Shown here: positions 18,677-27,320 of the stretch, piece after piece
How the letters are laid out: each line of letters starts with the position of its first letter
Position numbering within the stretch: the first letter of the stretch is position 1
Origin: Candidatus Aenigmatarchaeota archaeon
Lineage (GTDB): Archaea > Aenigmatarchaeota > Aenigmatarchaeia > QMZP01
Assembly: GCA_038999435.1 (NCBI GenBank)
Contig: JAVZYR010000001.1
Span: 1-64,000 of the forward strand
Length of the DNA: 64,000 nt
Reading direction: 5' to 3'
Notes under the pieces: model-generated
The model's input: the letters and a program-made list of their open reading frames with translations, nothing else
Told to the model about the DNA's origin: nothing
Databases searched by the model: none
Made by a program: the position numbers and the translations under genes

Positions 18677-19338
18677 GGTCTAAATCTGCCTAATAACGTC
18701 CCATCGAGAAGATAAAGTTCAAAACTTTTTATCCTTTTTGCAACAGGGCCAAGCAGCGCCTTCTTGTTTACTGCAAGGCCACCAGCCCAGTGATTAAATG
18801 CAGGTATGATTACAATCTCTGGCCTCTGTCTTGCAATAACCCACACAGGCTCTGTCCAGGTATAGCCAAGCGTATCTTTGAATTCAAAAACAGGATGCGA
18901 ATGTGCAATCACAATCCTTTTCATTGTCCATGCCTTTTTGTCAGGTTTGGCATGCCCATGGCAAAACCATGTATCTCCGCTTTCTATCCCTTTTGTTGGT
19001 AATATCTCAAGATTTTGTTCTGTAATCCTTTTTATTCCACCATCATGATTGCCTGGGATTAGCCGGATAGGACATTTTATATCAGAGATGAAGCGAGAAA
19101 TCTCTGCAAGTTCCCTTTTGCTCATCCCAGGTATTTTATGTTTAAGGTCTCCTAAAATCAGCAAATCCTTGCAGCCAGTCATGTTAAGAATTTCTCTTAT
19201 CTTTTCAGCCATTTCTCTTCTCTGTGACGGTATCCTTATCCCTGCTTCCCTCGGTTCAAGCTCTATGCCAAGATGCAGGTCTGCTATAATAAGCGTCTTA
19301 CCAATCTTCAGGGCTGGTTTGCCTAAAACAAATCTCAT
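18664..19338 (-). CDS. Metallophosphoesterase (Lhr-associated MPE type)
   Basis: ADLHLG, LGDLKH, GNHD, HGH, HSHP, PAFN. Confidence 0.85.
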   Translation of the reverse strand: MRFVLGKPALKIGKTLIIADLHLGIELEPREAGIRIPSQRREMAEKIREILNMTGCKDLLILGDLKHKIPGMSKRELAEISRFISDIKCPIRLIPGNHDGGIKRITEQNLEILPTKGIESGDTWFCHGHAKPDKKAWTMKRIVIAHSHPVFEFKDTLGYTWTEPVWVIARQRPEIVIIPAFNHWAGGLAVNKKALLGPVAKRIKSFELYLLDGTLLGRFRPHLQ

Positions 19339-19369
19339 AAGAATTTAAATTTTTATTTTATTAAAAAAT

Positions 19370-19588
19370 ATGGACTTTGATGAAGAGGAGTTTAAGGAGT
19401 TCAAGGCAATGCTTTTAAGTCAGGCAGGTGTATATTCGGTTGGGCTTGGTGAAAATGAGAAAGGAGAATATACAATAACAATCTATGCTGAAAAAGATGT
19501 TCCTGTTGAAATTCCAATAAGACCGCGTTCGCTTAAAAAATATCCTGTGAAAATCATTAGGGGAGAGCCAATAGAGGCAAAGAAATAA
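19370..19588 (+). CDS. Small protein resembling the N-terminal domain of the adjacent protease
   Basis: LLSQAGVYSVGLG...EYTITIYAEK.VP..IP aligns by eye with LFCKPNVEGVGIG...EICIVVNVKKKLP...IP of 19613-20653. Confidence 0.65.
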   Translation: MDFDEEEFKEFKAMLLSQAGVYSVGLGENEKGEYTITIYAEKDVPVEIPIRPRSLKKYPVKIIRGEPIEAKK

Positions 19589-19612
19589 AAAATTTTCGTC
19601 TAATTTTAGAAA

Positions 19613-20653
19613 ATGAGATATTCAAAAGATATCGATGAAATTAAAAATGTTTTGGACGCCTGGAGATACACATTATTTTGTAAGCCCAATGTTGAAGGTG
19701 TAGGTATTGGATATAAAATTGTGAAAGGGGAGAAAACAGACGAAATATGTATTGTTGTAAATGTAAAAAAGAAATTACCAGAGCTCCCTGAAGAAGATAT
19801 GATACCCAAAGAGGTTGGAGTTGGCACAAAAATTTTGACTGATGTCTATGAGACAGGAGAGATAAGAGCGCTTTATAAAGAAGCTAAAAGTGCAGAAAAT
19901 TTAAGAACAAAGAAAACAAGGCCTGCATCTGCTGGGGTTTCAATAGGACATTACAAAATTACTGCAGGCACGCTTGGATGTCTTGTGAGAAAAGATGGAA
20001 AGATAAAAATCCTTAGTAATAACCACGTGCTGGCAAATGAGAACAGGGCAAAAATAGGAGATATGATACTCCAACCAGGCCCTTATGACATTAATGATGC
20101 AAATTATGAGCAGTACAAAATTGCACTGCTCTCTGATTATGTACCAATCTATATTATGGATGAGATACCAACATGCAAAATCAAAAACGTTGCAAAAAAT
20201 TTCTTGAGATATATAAAGAAGCAATATTCAAACATTCTTGCGGCTAAAACGAATCGCTTTGATTGCGCTGTTGCTGAAGTATTCAAGCCTGATGATGTCT
20301 CAAGCACACTTTATGAGCTTGGTGAACCAGCAACAAAGCCAAGAGATGCAGGGCTTGATATGAAGGTTTGCAAATCAGGACGGACAACAGGCGTAACACA
20401 GGGAGAGATAACGCAATTACACGTAACAACAAAAGTTAGGTTCTCACGTGGCTATGCAGTTTTTGAAGAACAGATAGCTACAGGACCCATGTGCAAAGGT
20501 GGTGATTCAGGCTCTTTGCTTGTTTCTCAGAGCGGGCTTGAACCTGTTGGACTACTTTTTGCAGGCTCTGATGCCATAACAATATACAATCCAATAAAAG
20601 ATGTTCTGAACAAATTAGGGGTTGAAATAGTTTCAAAGCATAATCCATTATAG
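19613..20653 (+). CDS. Trypsin-like (S1, Nal1-like) serine protease without signal peptide
   Basis: Catalytic triad motifs SNNHVLA, FDCAVA, GGDSGS; also AGTLGCLV, KSGRTTG.T.G, GLLFAGS. Confidence 0.88.
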   Translation: MRYSKDIDEIKNVLDAWRYTLFCKPNVEGVGIGYKIVKGEKTDEICIVVNVKKKLPELPEEDMIPKEVGVGTKILTDVYETGEIRALYKEAKSAENLRTKKTRPASAGVSIGHYKITAGTLGCLVRKDGKIKILSNNHVLANENRAKIGDMILQPGPYDINDANYEQYKIALLSDYVPIYIMDEIPTCKIKNVAKNFLRYIKKQYSNILAAKTNRFDCAVAEVFKPDDVSSTLYELGEPATKPRDAGLDMKVCKSGRTTGVTQGEITQLHVTTKVRFSRGYAVFEEQIATGPMCKGGDSGSLLVSQSGLEPVGLLFAGSDAITIYNPIKDVLNKLGVEIVSKHNPL

Positions 20654-20836
20654 ACTGATTTCAATACCTTTATATCTGATTTTAATTTTATAACCAGTTC
20701 TTGCCCATCTCAATATTTTGAAAAGGCCAAATGTATTTTTAAAGAGATATTTTATGGCAATAAAAAATACAGAGACAACACTTCTTATCTCTATGGTAAT
20801 GTTATTTTCATCAAAATTTATATCAATTGCCTTCAT
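20648..20836 (-). CDS. Hypothetical small protein
   Basis: 62-aa ORF filling the gap between convergent and divergent genes. Confidence 0.45.
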   Translation of the reverse strand: MKAIDINFDENNITIEIRSVVSVFFIAIKYLFKNTFGLFKILRWARTGYKIKIRYKGIEISL

Positions 20837-20869
20837 TCGATATTTTATACTCAGTTTATAATATTAAAA

Positions 20870-22162
20870 ATGGCAGTTGAGAAGATTGTGATAGGCCGAG
20901 ATAGAGAAGATATAAAGAGATATGGCAGTGAGGGTACTGCATACATCGGCAAGCATATTGTTGGAAAGGGCGAGGAGGCACACCTTACAAACCCAATACA
21001 CATGGATTTGATAAGACCACATGTTGTGCTTGTTGCTGGAAAAAGGGGAACTGGAAAAAGCTACAGCGCAGGCGTGATTGCAGAGGAGATTGCAATGCTT
21101 CCAAAAGAAATTAGAGAGAATCTATCTGTGATAATGATTGACACAATGGGCATATACTGGTCAATGAAGATGGGAAATGAGAAGGACAGAGAACTTCTGA
21201 AGAATTGGGGACTCAAGCCACAGGGCCTGCCGATAAAGCTTTATGTGCCAAAAGGGTATGTGAAGGACTATGAGGATGTTGGAGTAAAGGTTGATGGCGC
21301 ATTCACAATTGCTTGCTCTGAGCTCACAGCATTAGATTGGATTATGACATTTGGCTTTTCTATGCTTGACCCACACGGCATAGCAATAGAGCGGGCAATA
21401 AAGGCTGTCACAGACAGATTTGGCACAGAATATTCTATATCAGACATCATAAAGGCCATAGAAGATGATAAAAGGACAGACAAATCAATAAAGGATGCAC
21501 TTGTGAATAGATTTCTTGCTGCAGAGGATTGGGGGCTTTTCGAGATTCATGGTACGACTGTTAGGGAGATGATCGAGCCAGGTGTTATCTCAGTTATTGA
21601 TGTCAGCCATTATATGCGTGTCTCGGCTGGATGGTCTGTTCGCTCAATGATAGTTGGATTGTTATCAAGGAAGATTTTCCAAGAGCGGCTGATGGCAAGA
21701 AAGGCAGAAGAATTTGAGATTATGGCAGGGGAAAGGAGAAAAACAATACCAATGGTATGGCTTATGATGGACGAGGCGCATCAGTTTGTTGGCACAGAGC
21801 CAACTGCAGCAACAGAACCATTACTTACGCTTATTAAAGAAGGCAGAGAGCCGGGTATATCTGTGTTGATGATAACGCAAAGGCCTGGAAAACTACATGA
21901 GGATGCACTGGCACAGGCAGACCTTATAATTGCACACAGGTTGACAGCTGAGGCAGACATCCGTGCGTTAAGGTCAATCATGCAGACATATGTTCTTGAA
22001 GATATACAGGACCTGATGAATGCATTACCACGCCTCAAGGGCTCAGCGCTCATACTCGATGATAATTCAGAGAGGATATATACAGTTCAGGTCAGACCGC
22101 GTTTTTCTTGGCATGCAGGCGGTTCACCTGCTGCAATAAAGCCAAAAGGGATATTTGGATAG
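20870..22162 (+). CDS. HerA/FtsK-superfamily (DUF87) ATPase
   Basis: GKRGTGKSY Walker A, MMDEAHQF Walker B, KEGREPG, TQRP. Confidence 0.88.
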   Translation: MAVEKIVIGRDREDIKRYGSEGTAYIGKHIVGKGEEAHLTNPIHMDLIRPHVVLVAGKRGTGKSYSAGVIAEEIAMLPKEIRENLSVIMIDTMGIYWSMKMGNEKDRELLKNWGLKPQGLPIKLYVPKGYVKDYEDVGVKVDGAFTIACSELTALDWIMTFGFSMLDPHGIAIERAIKAVTDRFGTEYSISDIIKAIEDDKRTDKSIKDALVNRFLAAEDWGLFEIHGTTVREMIEPGVISVIDVSHYMRVSAGWSVRSMIVGLLSRKIFQERLMARKAEEFEIMAGERRKTIPMVWLMMDEAHQFVGTEPTAATEPLLTLIKEGREPGISVLMITQRPGKLHEDALAQADLIIAHRLTAEADIRALRSIMQTYVLEDIQDLMNALPRLKGSALILDDNSERIYTVQVRPRFSWHAGGSPAAIKPKGIFG

Positions 22163-22192
22163 TTTTATAAACTTTTTTAACAAAATTAAAAA

Positions 22193-24706
22193 ATGAATAT
22201 TCCTAAACTATTATTATTAATTATAACAATATCTGCTATTCTAATCATTTTTATCAGATTCACAGGTCTATTTATTCCTCCTGCTGGCCCTCCTACTGTC
22301 TACACAGTCTGCTCTTCTGGTTGTGATTATGACAGCCTGACAGCATGCCTTTTTACTATAAATAATACACAGAATATTTGCAACATAACGGGCCCTGGCT
22401 TTTGGTCAATAAATGATAGCTATTATTTTATTAGCAATGCCGGTGAAATAGTTGAAATAGCATCAGATGATGTTATTTTTGATTGTAATAATTCAATTTT
22501 AAGAACTACCCTCATCAATTCTTTTGTAATACGAATGAAAAAAGTTGATAACACAACAATAAGAAATTGCATTTTTAATACAATTGATAACACAATAGAT
22601 TTACAGGGAAATAACATAAAAATATACAACAATTCATTTTATGGCGATTGGTATTCTTTGCGGGCTTATGACTGGGTTTACAATATATCAATTTATGATA
22701 ACAATATATCAACAGGATTTGATCCCTGGTTTAGGGTAGTTAATTGTACCATAGAAAATAATAACATATCTAACGGTTTAAGAGGAGATTTTAACGATAG
22801 TATAATAAGAAATAATAACATTAGTTGCGTGTATATAGTTATCAATGGTAAAAACACAATTTTTGAAAATCATCAGCAAATCTGCGAATCAGGAGACGCT
22901 TTACAATATTTTGGTGGTATAAACATAACAATAAGAAATAATAGTTTTATAAACAAAACAACAGGAATAATTATAAATTCAGCTAATGAAACGAATATAT
23001 ATAATAATACAATCGTAACATATATTCCAACTGATTATGGAGGGATAAATTCATCAGGCACAAATTTTAATGTTACAATAATCAATAACACCATCACAGG
23101 CCCATATAAAACTTCAATTGGAATTTTAGGTAGTGGCAATAAAATCATAAATAATACAATAAGCAATACAACACAAGGGATTTATATTAATGGAAGTAAT
23201 CATAACATATCTAGAAATGTAATAAAAAATGCAAGCCAAGAATGTTTATACACAGATTCTTTCACCGAGTCTAGCATAATCTCAAACAACACATTCGAGG
23301 ATTGCGGTGCTGTTTCTGGTCCATACGAAGCGTATCTAAGCTCATACTCTCCACTGCAGTATAATGGCAACAACTACACTATTGTTTTTTATGCAAATTC
23401 AGATATAATCGACACTGTGCAAGTTTCAGAAGATAACACAAATGTTTCTGACATAGTCACAGGTGAAAATAACTTCAGCCTATGGTTAGGTACATGTGAG
23501 GATGGCTCAAGATGGACAGTTTATGTCGAAGAGCCAGAGAGTATGTCGTGCTCAGATGTATTTAATTTAGGTTGTAATGGCATATGTGACTTTGAACAGG
23601 ATGGCTACTGGATTGCAAATGGCTATGGTCAAAACTACACATTAAATCAATCACCGCAGGTCTCTGTCATTCCCGGCTACACAGACCCTGCATGGCTGAG
23701 ATACAGCTCATGGTATGTCCAGGATTACTATCCAATTGTTCTTTATGGCTCCTCTGGAAACAACATAACAAAGAATTGGATAAAGGATGTGAACAAAAAG
23801 AACAACTATTCTATCTACTCAGATACAAATGCACAGGACAGGATATGGCTAAACATGCTTCTCTCAGGTGGCATAAACATCACAGGCACTGAGCCAATCT
23901 TATGCGTGAATGGTGAAGGAAACTTTTATGGCGAGGGCAGTTTAGGCGTGCCTGAGAACGATTGTGGTCCTGCAAGCATCACCGCACCAACAGCAGGTGC
24001 ATACACAGGTAGCATAACAATTCAATGGACTGCCCAATCCTCACCAGAGCCTGTAACATATGATGTCTATGCAAAGAATTTAGCAACAGGCGAGATGACA
24101 AAACTTACAGAAACAACAAGCCTTTCATATTTATGGAACCTATCAGGATACTTAGGAAATTATAAAGCAATCATTATTCCATGGATCTCTGGCTCAAGGA
24201 TTAATGCAACATGGGCAGAGTCAGGCATACTTCAGCTTGGTCAGGGTACAGGTGGAGGCAATGTCACTGTTACAATCCTTACATCCATCACAATATCCCT
24301 ACCTGTAGATACAGTCAACTTTGGCACAATGCAACTTGGCCAATCTGACAACACAACAGATAACAGCCCACCACCATTCATCCTTCAAAATGATGGTTCT
24401 GTGCCCGTCAACATTACAATAAATGCAACTCAGCTTTGGTACAGCAGCCTTGGTTCAGGCACAAGCAGTTATTATCAATTCAAAACAGAATGTAATGAGT
24501 CATCATGTGTGCCAGACCCAGATAATGACCTCGTTACATCCTGGACAAACATACCAATAAATGAACAAGCAATCCTTGCCTGTTCAAATCTTCGCTTCAT
24601 AGACAACCAAGATACGGTTAAGATTCACATAAAGGTTACAGTTCCGGTTGATGAGCCAGCAGGTTCAAAGAACAGCACAGTCACATTCACAGCAAGCCAA
24701 GCATAA
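22193..24706 (+). CDS. Secreted right-handed beta-helix (NosD/pectin-lyase-like) protein with C-terminal pilin-like domain
   Basis: N-terminal TM, Asn/Ile-rich I.NN.I repeats; last ~150 aa (from ~24251) clearly homologous to the 24958-25539 product. Confidence 0.8.
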   Translation: MNIPKLLLLIITISAILIIFIRFTGLFIPPAGPPTVYTVCSSGCDYDSLTACLFTINNTQNICNITGPGFWSINDSYYFISNAGEIVEIASDDVIFDCNNSILRTTLINSFVIRMKKVDNTTIRNCIFNTIDNTIDLQGNNIKIYNNSFYGDWYSLRAYDWVYNISIYDNNISTGFDPWFRVVNCTIENNNISNGLRGDFNDSIIRNNNISCVYIVINGKNTIFENHQQICESGDALQYFGGINITIRNNSFINKTTGIIINSANETNIYNNTIVTYIPTDYGGINSSGTNFNVTIINNTITGPYKTSIGILGSGNKIINNTISNTTQGIYINGSNHNISRNVIKNASQECLYTDSFTESSIISNNTFEDCGAVSGPYEAYLSSYSPLQYNGNNYTIVFYANSDIIDTVQVSEDNTNVSDIVTGENNFSLWLGTCEDGSRWTVYVEEPESMSCSDVFNLGCNGICDFEQDGYWIANGYGQNYTLNQSPQVSVIPGYTDPAWLRYSSWYVQDYYPIVLYGSSGNNITKNWIKDVNKKNNYSIYSDTNAQDRIWLNMLLSGGINITGTEPILCVNGEGNFYGEGSLGVPENDCGPASITAPTAGAYTGSITIQWTAQSSPEPVTYDVYAKNLATGEMTKLTETTSLSYLWNLSGYLGNYKAIIIPWISGSRINATWAESGILQLGQGTGGGNVTVTILTSITISLPVDTVNFGTMQLGQSDNTTDNSPPPFILQNDGSVPVNITINATQLWYSSLGSGTSSYYQFKTECNESSCVPDPDNDLVTSWTNIPINEQAILACSNLRFIDNQDTVKIHIKVTVPVDEPAGSKNSTVTFTASQA

Positions 24707-24751
24707 AAGCTTATAAGGTTTTTAATACCAATAATTAAAATAGGAGGTAAA

Positions 24752-24946
24752 ATGGCATCCAACAAATTGCTGGCTGCATTGATTTTAGTGCTACTTGTAG
24801 CATCGCTTGTTGGTATGTATATTTTGATTGCACCGCTAATTCCAGTCGCGCCAGCCATAGCAACAGAGACAGGAGTTGTTAGCCTTTATGTTGCACCACA
24901 GCCATACTCTACAGGAGGTATGGTTTCTGTGGTCGTAATAGGATAA
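24752..24946 (+). CDS. 64-aa membrane/secreted peptide with two G-x-V-S-hydrophobic strands
   Basis: Strong SD (aggaggt) upstream; N-terminus MASNKLLAALILV nearly matches MVSNNTLAALILV of the next gene. Confidence 0.75.
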   Translation: MASNKLLAALILVLLVASLVGMYILIAPLIPVAPAIATETGVVSLYVAPQPYSTGGMVSVVVIG

Positions 24947-24957
24947 GGAGGTAAAAG

Positions 24958-25539
24958 ATGGTAAGCAATAATACACTTGCAGCCCTTATCTTGGTAGCAA
25001 TAGTGATATCCCTGGTAAGCATAGCAACAACCCTAAACATTGCCTCAAGGATACCCATAACCCTAACAGGAGGCATATCAGGCACAACACAAGTATCAGT
25101 CGCAACAGCAATCACAATCACCCTGCCAGTAAGTACAGTAAACTTTGGCTCAATGTCCCTTAATGCAGAGGATGATACAACGGACAACAGCCCAGGCCCG
25201 TTCATTGTTCAAAATGACGGTTCTGTGTGTGTCAATGTGACAGTTAATGCAACACAACTTTGGTCAGGAACAGGCGCAACAGGTACATCGACATACTACA
25301 GATTTAAATCAGAATGCAATGAGGCAAATTGCGTTAACAACGAAACAGAAGATCTTGTGAGCTCATGGACAAACATGCCAATTGCATCTGCTGCAACAAA
25401 GCTTGTCAACAGACTAAGATACACTGATTCACAGGATACTGTGAAGGCGCACATTTATCTAAAGGTCCCTGCAGATGAGCCAGCAGGTCCAAAGAGCAGT
25501 ACTGTGACATTTACATCAGAAGACGCAGGCGGCTGCTAA
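24958..25539 (+). CDS. Secreted single-domain beta-sandwich protein, putative major filament/cell-surface subunit
   Basis: Strong SD, signal helix, VNFG.M, QNDGSV and VP.DEPAG.K.STVTFT motifs shared with the 837-aa protein. Confidence 0.8.
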   Translation: MVSNNTLAALILVAIVISLVSIATTLNIASRIPITLTGGISGTTQVSVATAITITLPVSTVNFGSMSLNAEDDTTDNSPGPFIVQNDGSVCVNVTVNATQLWSGTGATGTSTYYRFKSECNEANCVNNETEDLVSSWTNMPIASAATKLVNRLRYTDSQDTVKAHIYLKVPADEPAGPKSSTVTFTSEDAGGC

Positions 25540-25548
25540 AATAAAAAA

Positions 25549-25570
25549 CTTTTCATTTTTTCTTTTTTTT
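25549..25570 (+). terminator. Probable archaeal oligo-T terminator after the 193-aa gene
   Basis: T-rich tract cttttcatttttcttttttt immediately after the stop codon. Confidence 0.45.
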
Positions 25571-25596
25571 AAATATTTTCACAGATATCTATAAAG

Positions 25597-26766
25597 ATGA
25601 AAAGGATTTTCTCAATCATCTTGTTATTGACACTGGTTTTAATTTTACCATCAGCATTAGCCATTGGCATGTCACCTGCAAGGATAGAGATAGATTTTCA
25701 GCCAGGTGCAAACCTAACTTACGATTTCTGGGTTCTAAATAATCTTAATGAAACGCGTTCTATAGAGCTATATCCAACAGGCGAGCTTGCTGACAGGATA
25801 ACCATTTATGGTGATAAACAATTCGAACTTGAAGGACAAAAGGTTAGGCAATTTTCATTTTCCATACTACTACCTGAAGAACTTGAGCCAGGGCTTCACA
25901 AGTCAGGGATAGGTGCAATAGAAGGCCTGCCAAGTGGCAGGGAAGGCGGGACACAACTTGCTGCACGCGCAGCAGTTATAATGCAGGTATGGATAAGGGT
26001 ACCATATCCAGGAAAGTATGCAGAGATTAGTATAGAGGCAAAAGATGTTGAACTTGGTCAGCCAACACCATTCACAATCCATGTCAAAAACCTTGGCTCT
26101 GAAGACATCACAGCAGAGGATGAGATAGAAATATGGAATGGTGATAAGAAAGTTGCAGAGCTGAGCGCAGGTTCTGTTTCAGTAGCTGCAAAAGGCACAG
26201 AAAATCTTTATGCAAGCTGGAAAGCAGACAGTGCAGGTGTATACAAAGCAATAGCAAATGTGAAATATGATGGCAAAAATGCATCAGCTTCAACATTTTT
26301 CAGGGTTGGGGCTCTTGACATAGAAATATTAGACCTCTCAAAAGAGATTGTGCAGGCCGGAGAGATAGCAAAGTTTAAGGTTAAACTAAAAAGCAAATGG
26401 AATGCAGAGATTAGAAACATTTATGCCGATGTTGAAATACTGAAAGATGGAAATGTTTTAAAAACAGGGCGCTCAGCGCCATTCATGTTGGGTGTATGGG
26501 AAGAAAGGGAAATCCCCATTTATGTTGAAACACAGGGCCTTGAGCTTGGTGTCTATGATGCAAAAGTTAAAGTATATTTTGATAATAGGACAAAGGAAAA
26601 AGATTTCTCTTCTAGATTGGAGATTGTTGCATACAAACCTTTTGAGATATCCCTACCTTATATCATCATTTTGATATTCTTCATATTCGTACTACTCTTG
26701 ATAACCTTATTATTATTAAAAAGGAGGAAGGAATCGCATGAAAAAAGGTCAAGAAGAAAAAAATAA
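25597..26766 (+). CDS. Secreted multi-Ig-domain protein with C-terminal TM anchor (DUF916/WxL-interacting-like)
   Basis: Signal peptide ending ALA, IGMSPARIEIDFQPG start, CARDB-like VKNLGSEDI, hydrophobic tail plus basic residues. Confidence 0.7.
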   Translation: MKRIFSIILLLTLVLILPSALAIGMSPARIEIDFQPGANLTYDFWVLNNLNETRSIELYPTGELADRITIYGDKQFELEGQKVRQFSFSILLPEELEPGLHKSGIGAIEGLPSGREGGTQLAARAAVIMQVWIRVPYPGKYAEISIEAKDVELGQPTPFTIHVKNLGSEDITAEDEIEIWNGDKKVAELSAGSVSVAAKGTENLYASWKADSAGVYKAIANVKYDGKNASASTFFRVGALDIEILDLSKEIVQAGEIAKFKVKLKSKWNAEIRNIYADVEILKDGNVLKTGRSAPFMLGVWEEREIPIYVETQGLELGVYDAKVKVYFDNRTKEKDFSSRLEIVAYKPFEISLPYIIILIFFIFVLLLITLLLLKRRKESHEKRSRRKK

Positions 26767-27187
26767 AATCAAGCTAAAACTAACAAAAAAACTGTGCATT
26801 TTGGTTATAGTTTTAGTTGCATTTGCATCTGTACTTGGCACTATTTTATGGTCATCACCTGAAATAAAAAACATTGATATCTATCTTACAGTTGGCAATT
26901 ACACAGGCATAAACGTAAACTCATCCGCACTTTGGTTTGGTACAATCCCGCAGAATGCTGTTGCACAGCGTAATATCATAATAAATAATGGTGATGCATG
27001 GCCAAGGCGAGTCTGGATAAAGGCGCAAGGAGAAATTGCAAAATGGATATCTGTTACGGATAATGGCTTTTTGCTAAAGCCAAATGAAGGAATGCAGGTA
27101 GGTGTTGTTGTGAGCATACCACCTGATGCTGCCCAAAAAAATTATACATCTCAACTCGAGATTGTGCTTATCAGGACAATATTTTAA
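26738..27187 (+). CDS. N-terminally anchored single Ig-like domain protein
   Basis: TM helix followed by LWFGTIP...IPPDAAQKNYTSQLEIVL; overlaps the upstream gene. Confidence 0.7.
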   Translation: MKKGQEEKNKIKLKLTKKLCILVIVLVAFASVLGTILWSSPEIKNIDIYLTVGNYTGINVNSSALWFGTIPQNAVAQRNIIINNGDAWPRRVWIKAQGEIAKWISVTDNGFLLKPNEGMQVGVVVSIPPDAAQKNYTSQLEIVLIRTIF

Positions 27188-27320
27188 AGATTTATATATT
27201 ACTAAACAATAATAAATATATTTAGATTTTCATATCCCATTTTGTGTCCTTAAGACCACAAAAAAACAATGAAAATCGATATCTTGAGAACAAATTTAAA
27301 GAGAAAAATGCAATATTAAT

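Noticed and set aside
20870..22162. HerA-like ATPase as the motor of the downstream surface locus or a defence system
   Set aside because: A TATA-like box lies in the 30-bp gap before 22193, and no nuclease, SIR2 or secretion partner is adjacent; the link is unsupported
27225..27276. Imperfect hairpin (ttttgtgtc-cttaa-gaccacaaaa) in the spacer before top6B as an ncRNA
   Set aside because: Short, AT-rich and imperfect; at most a terminator or operator
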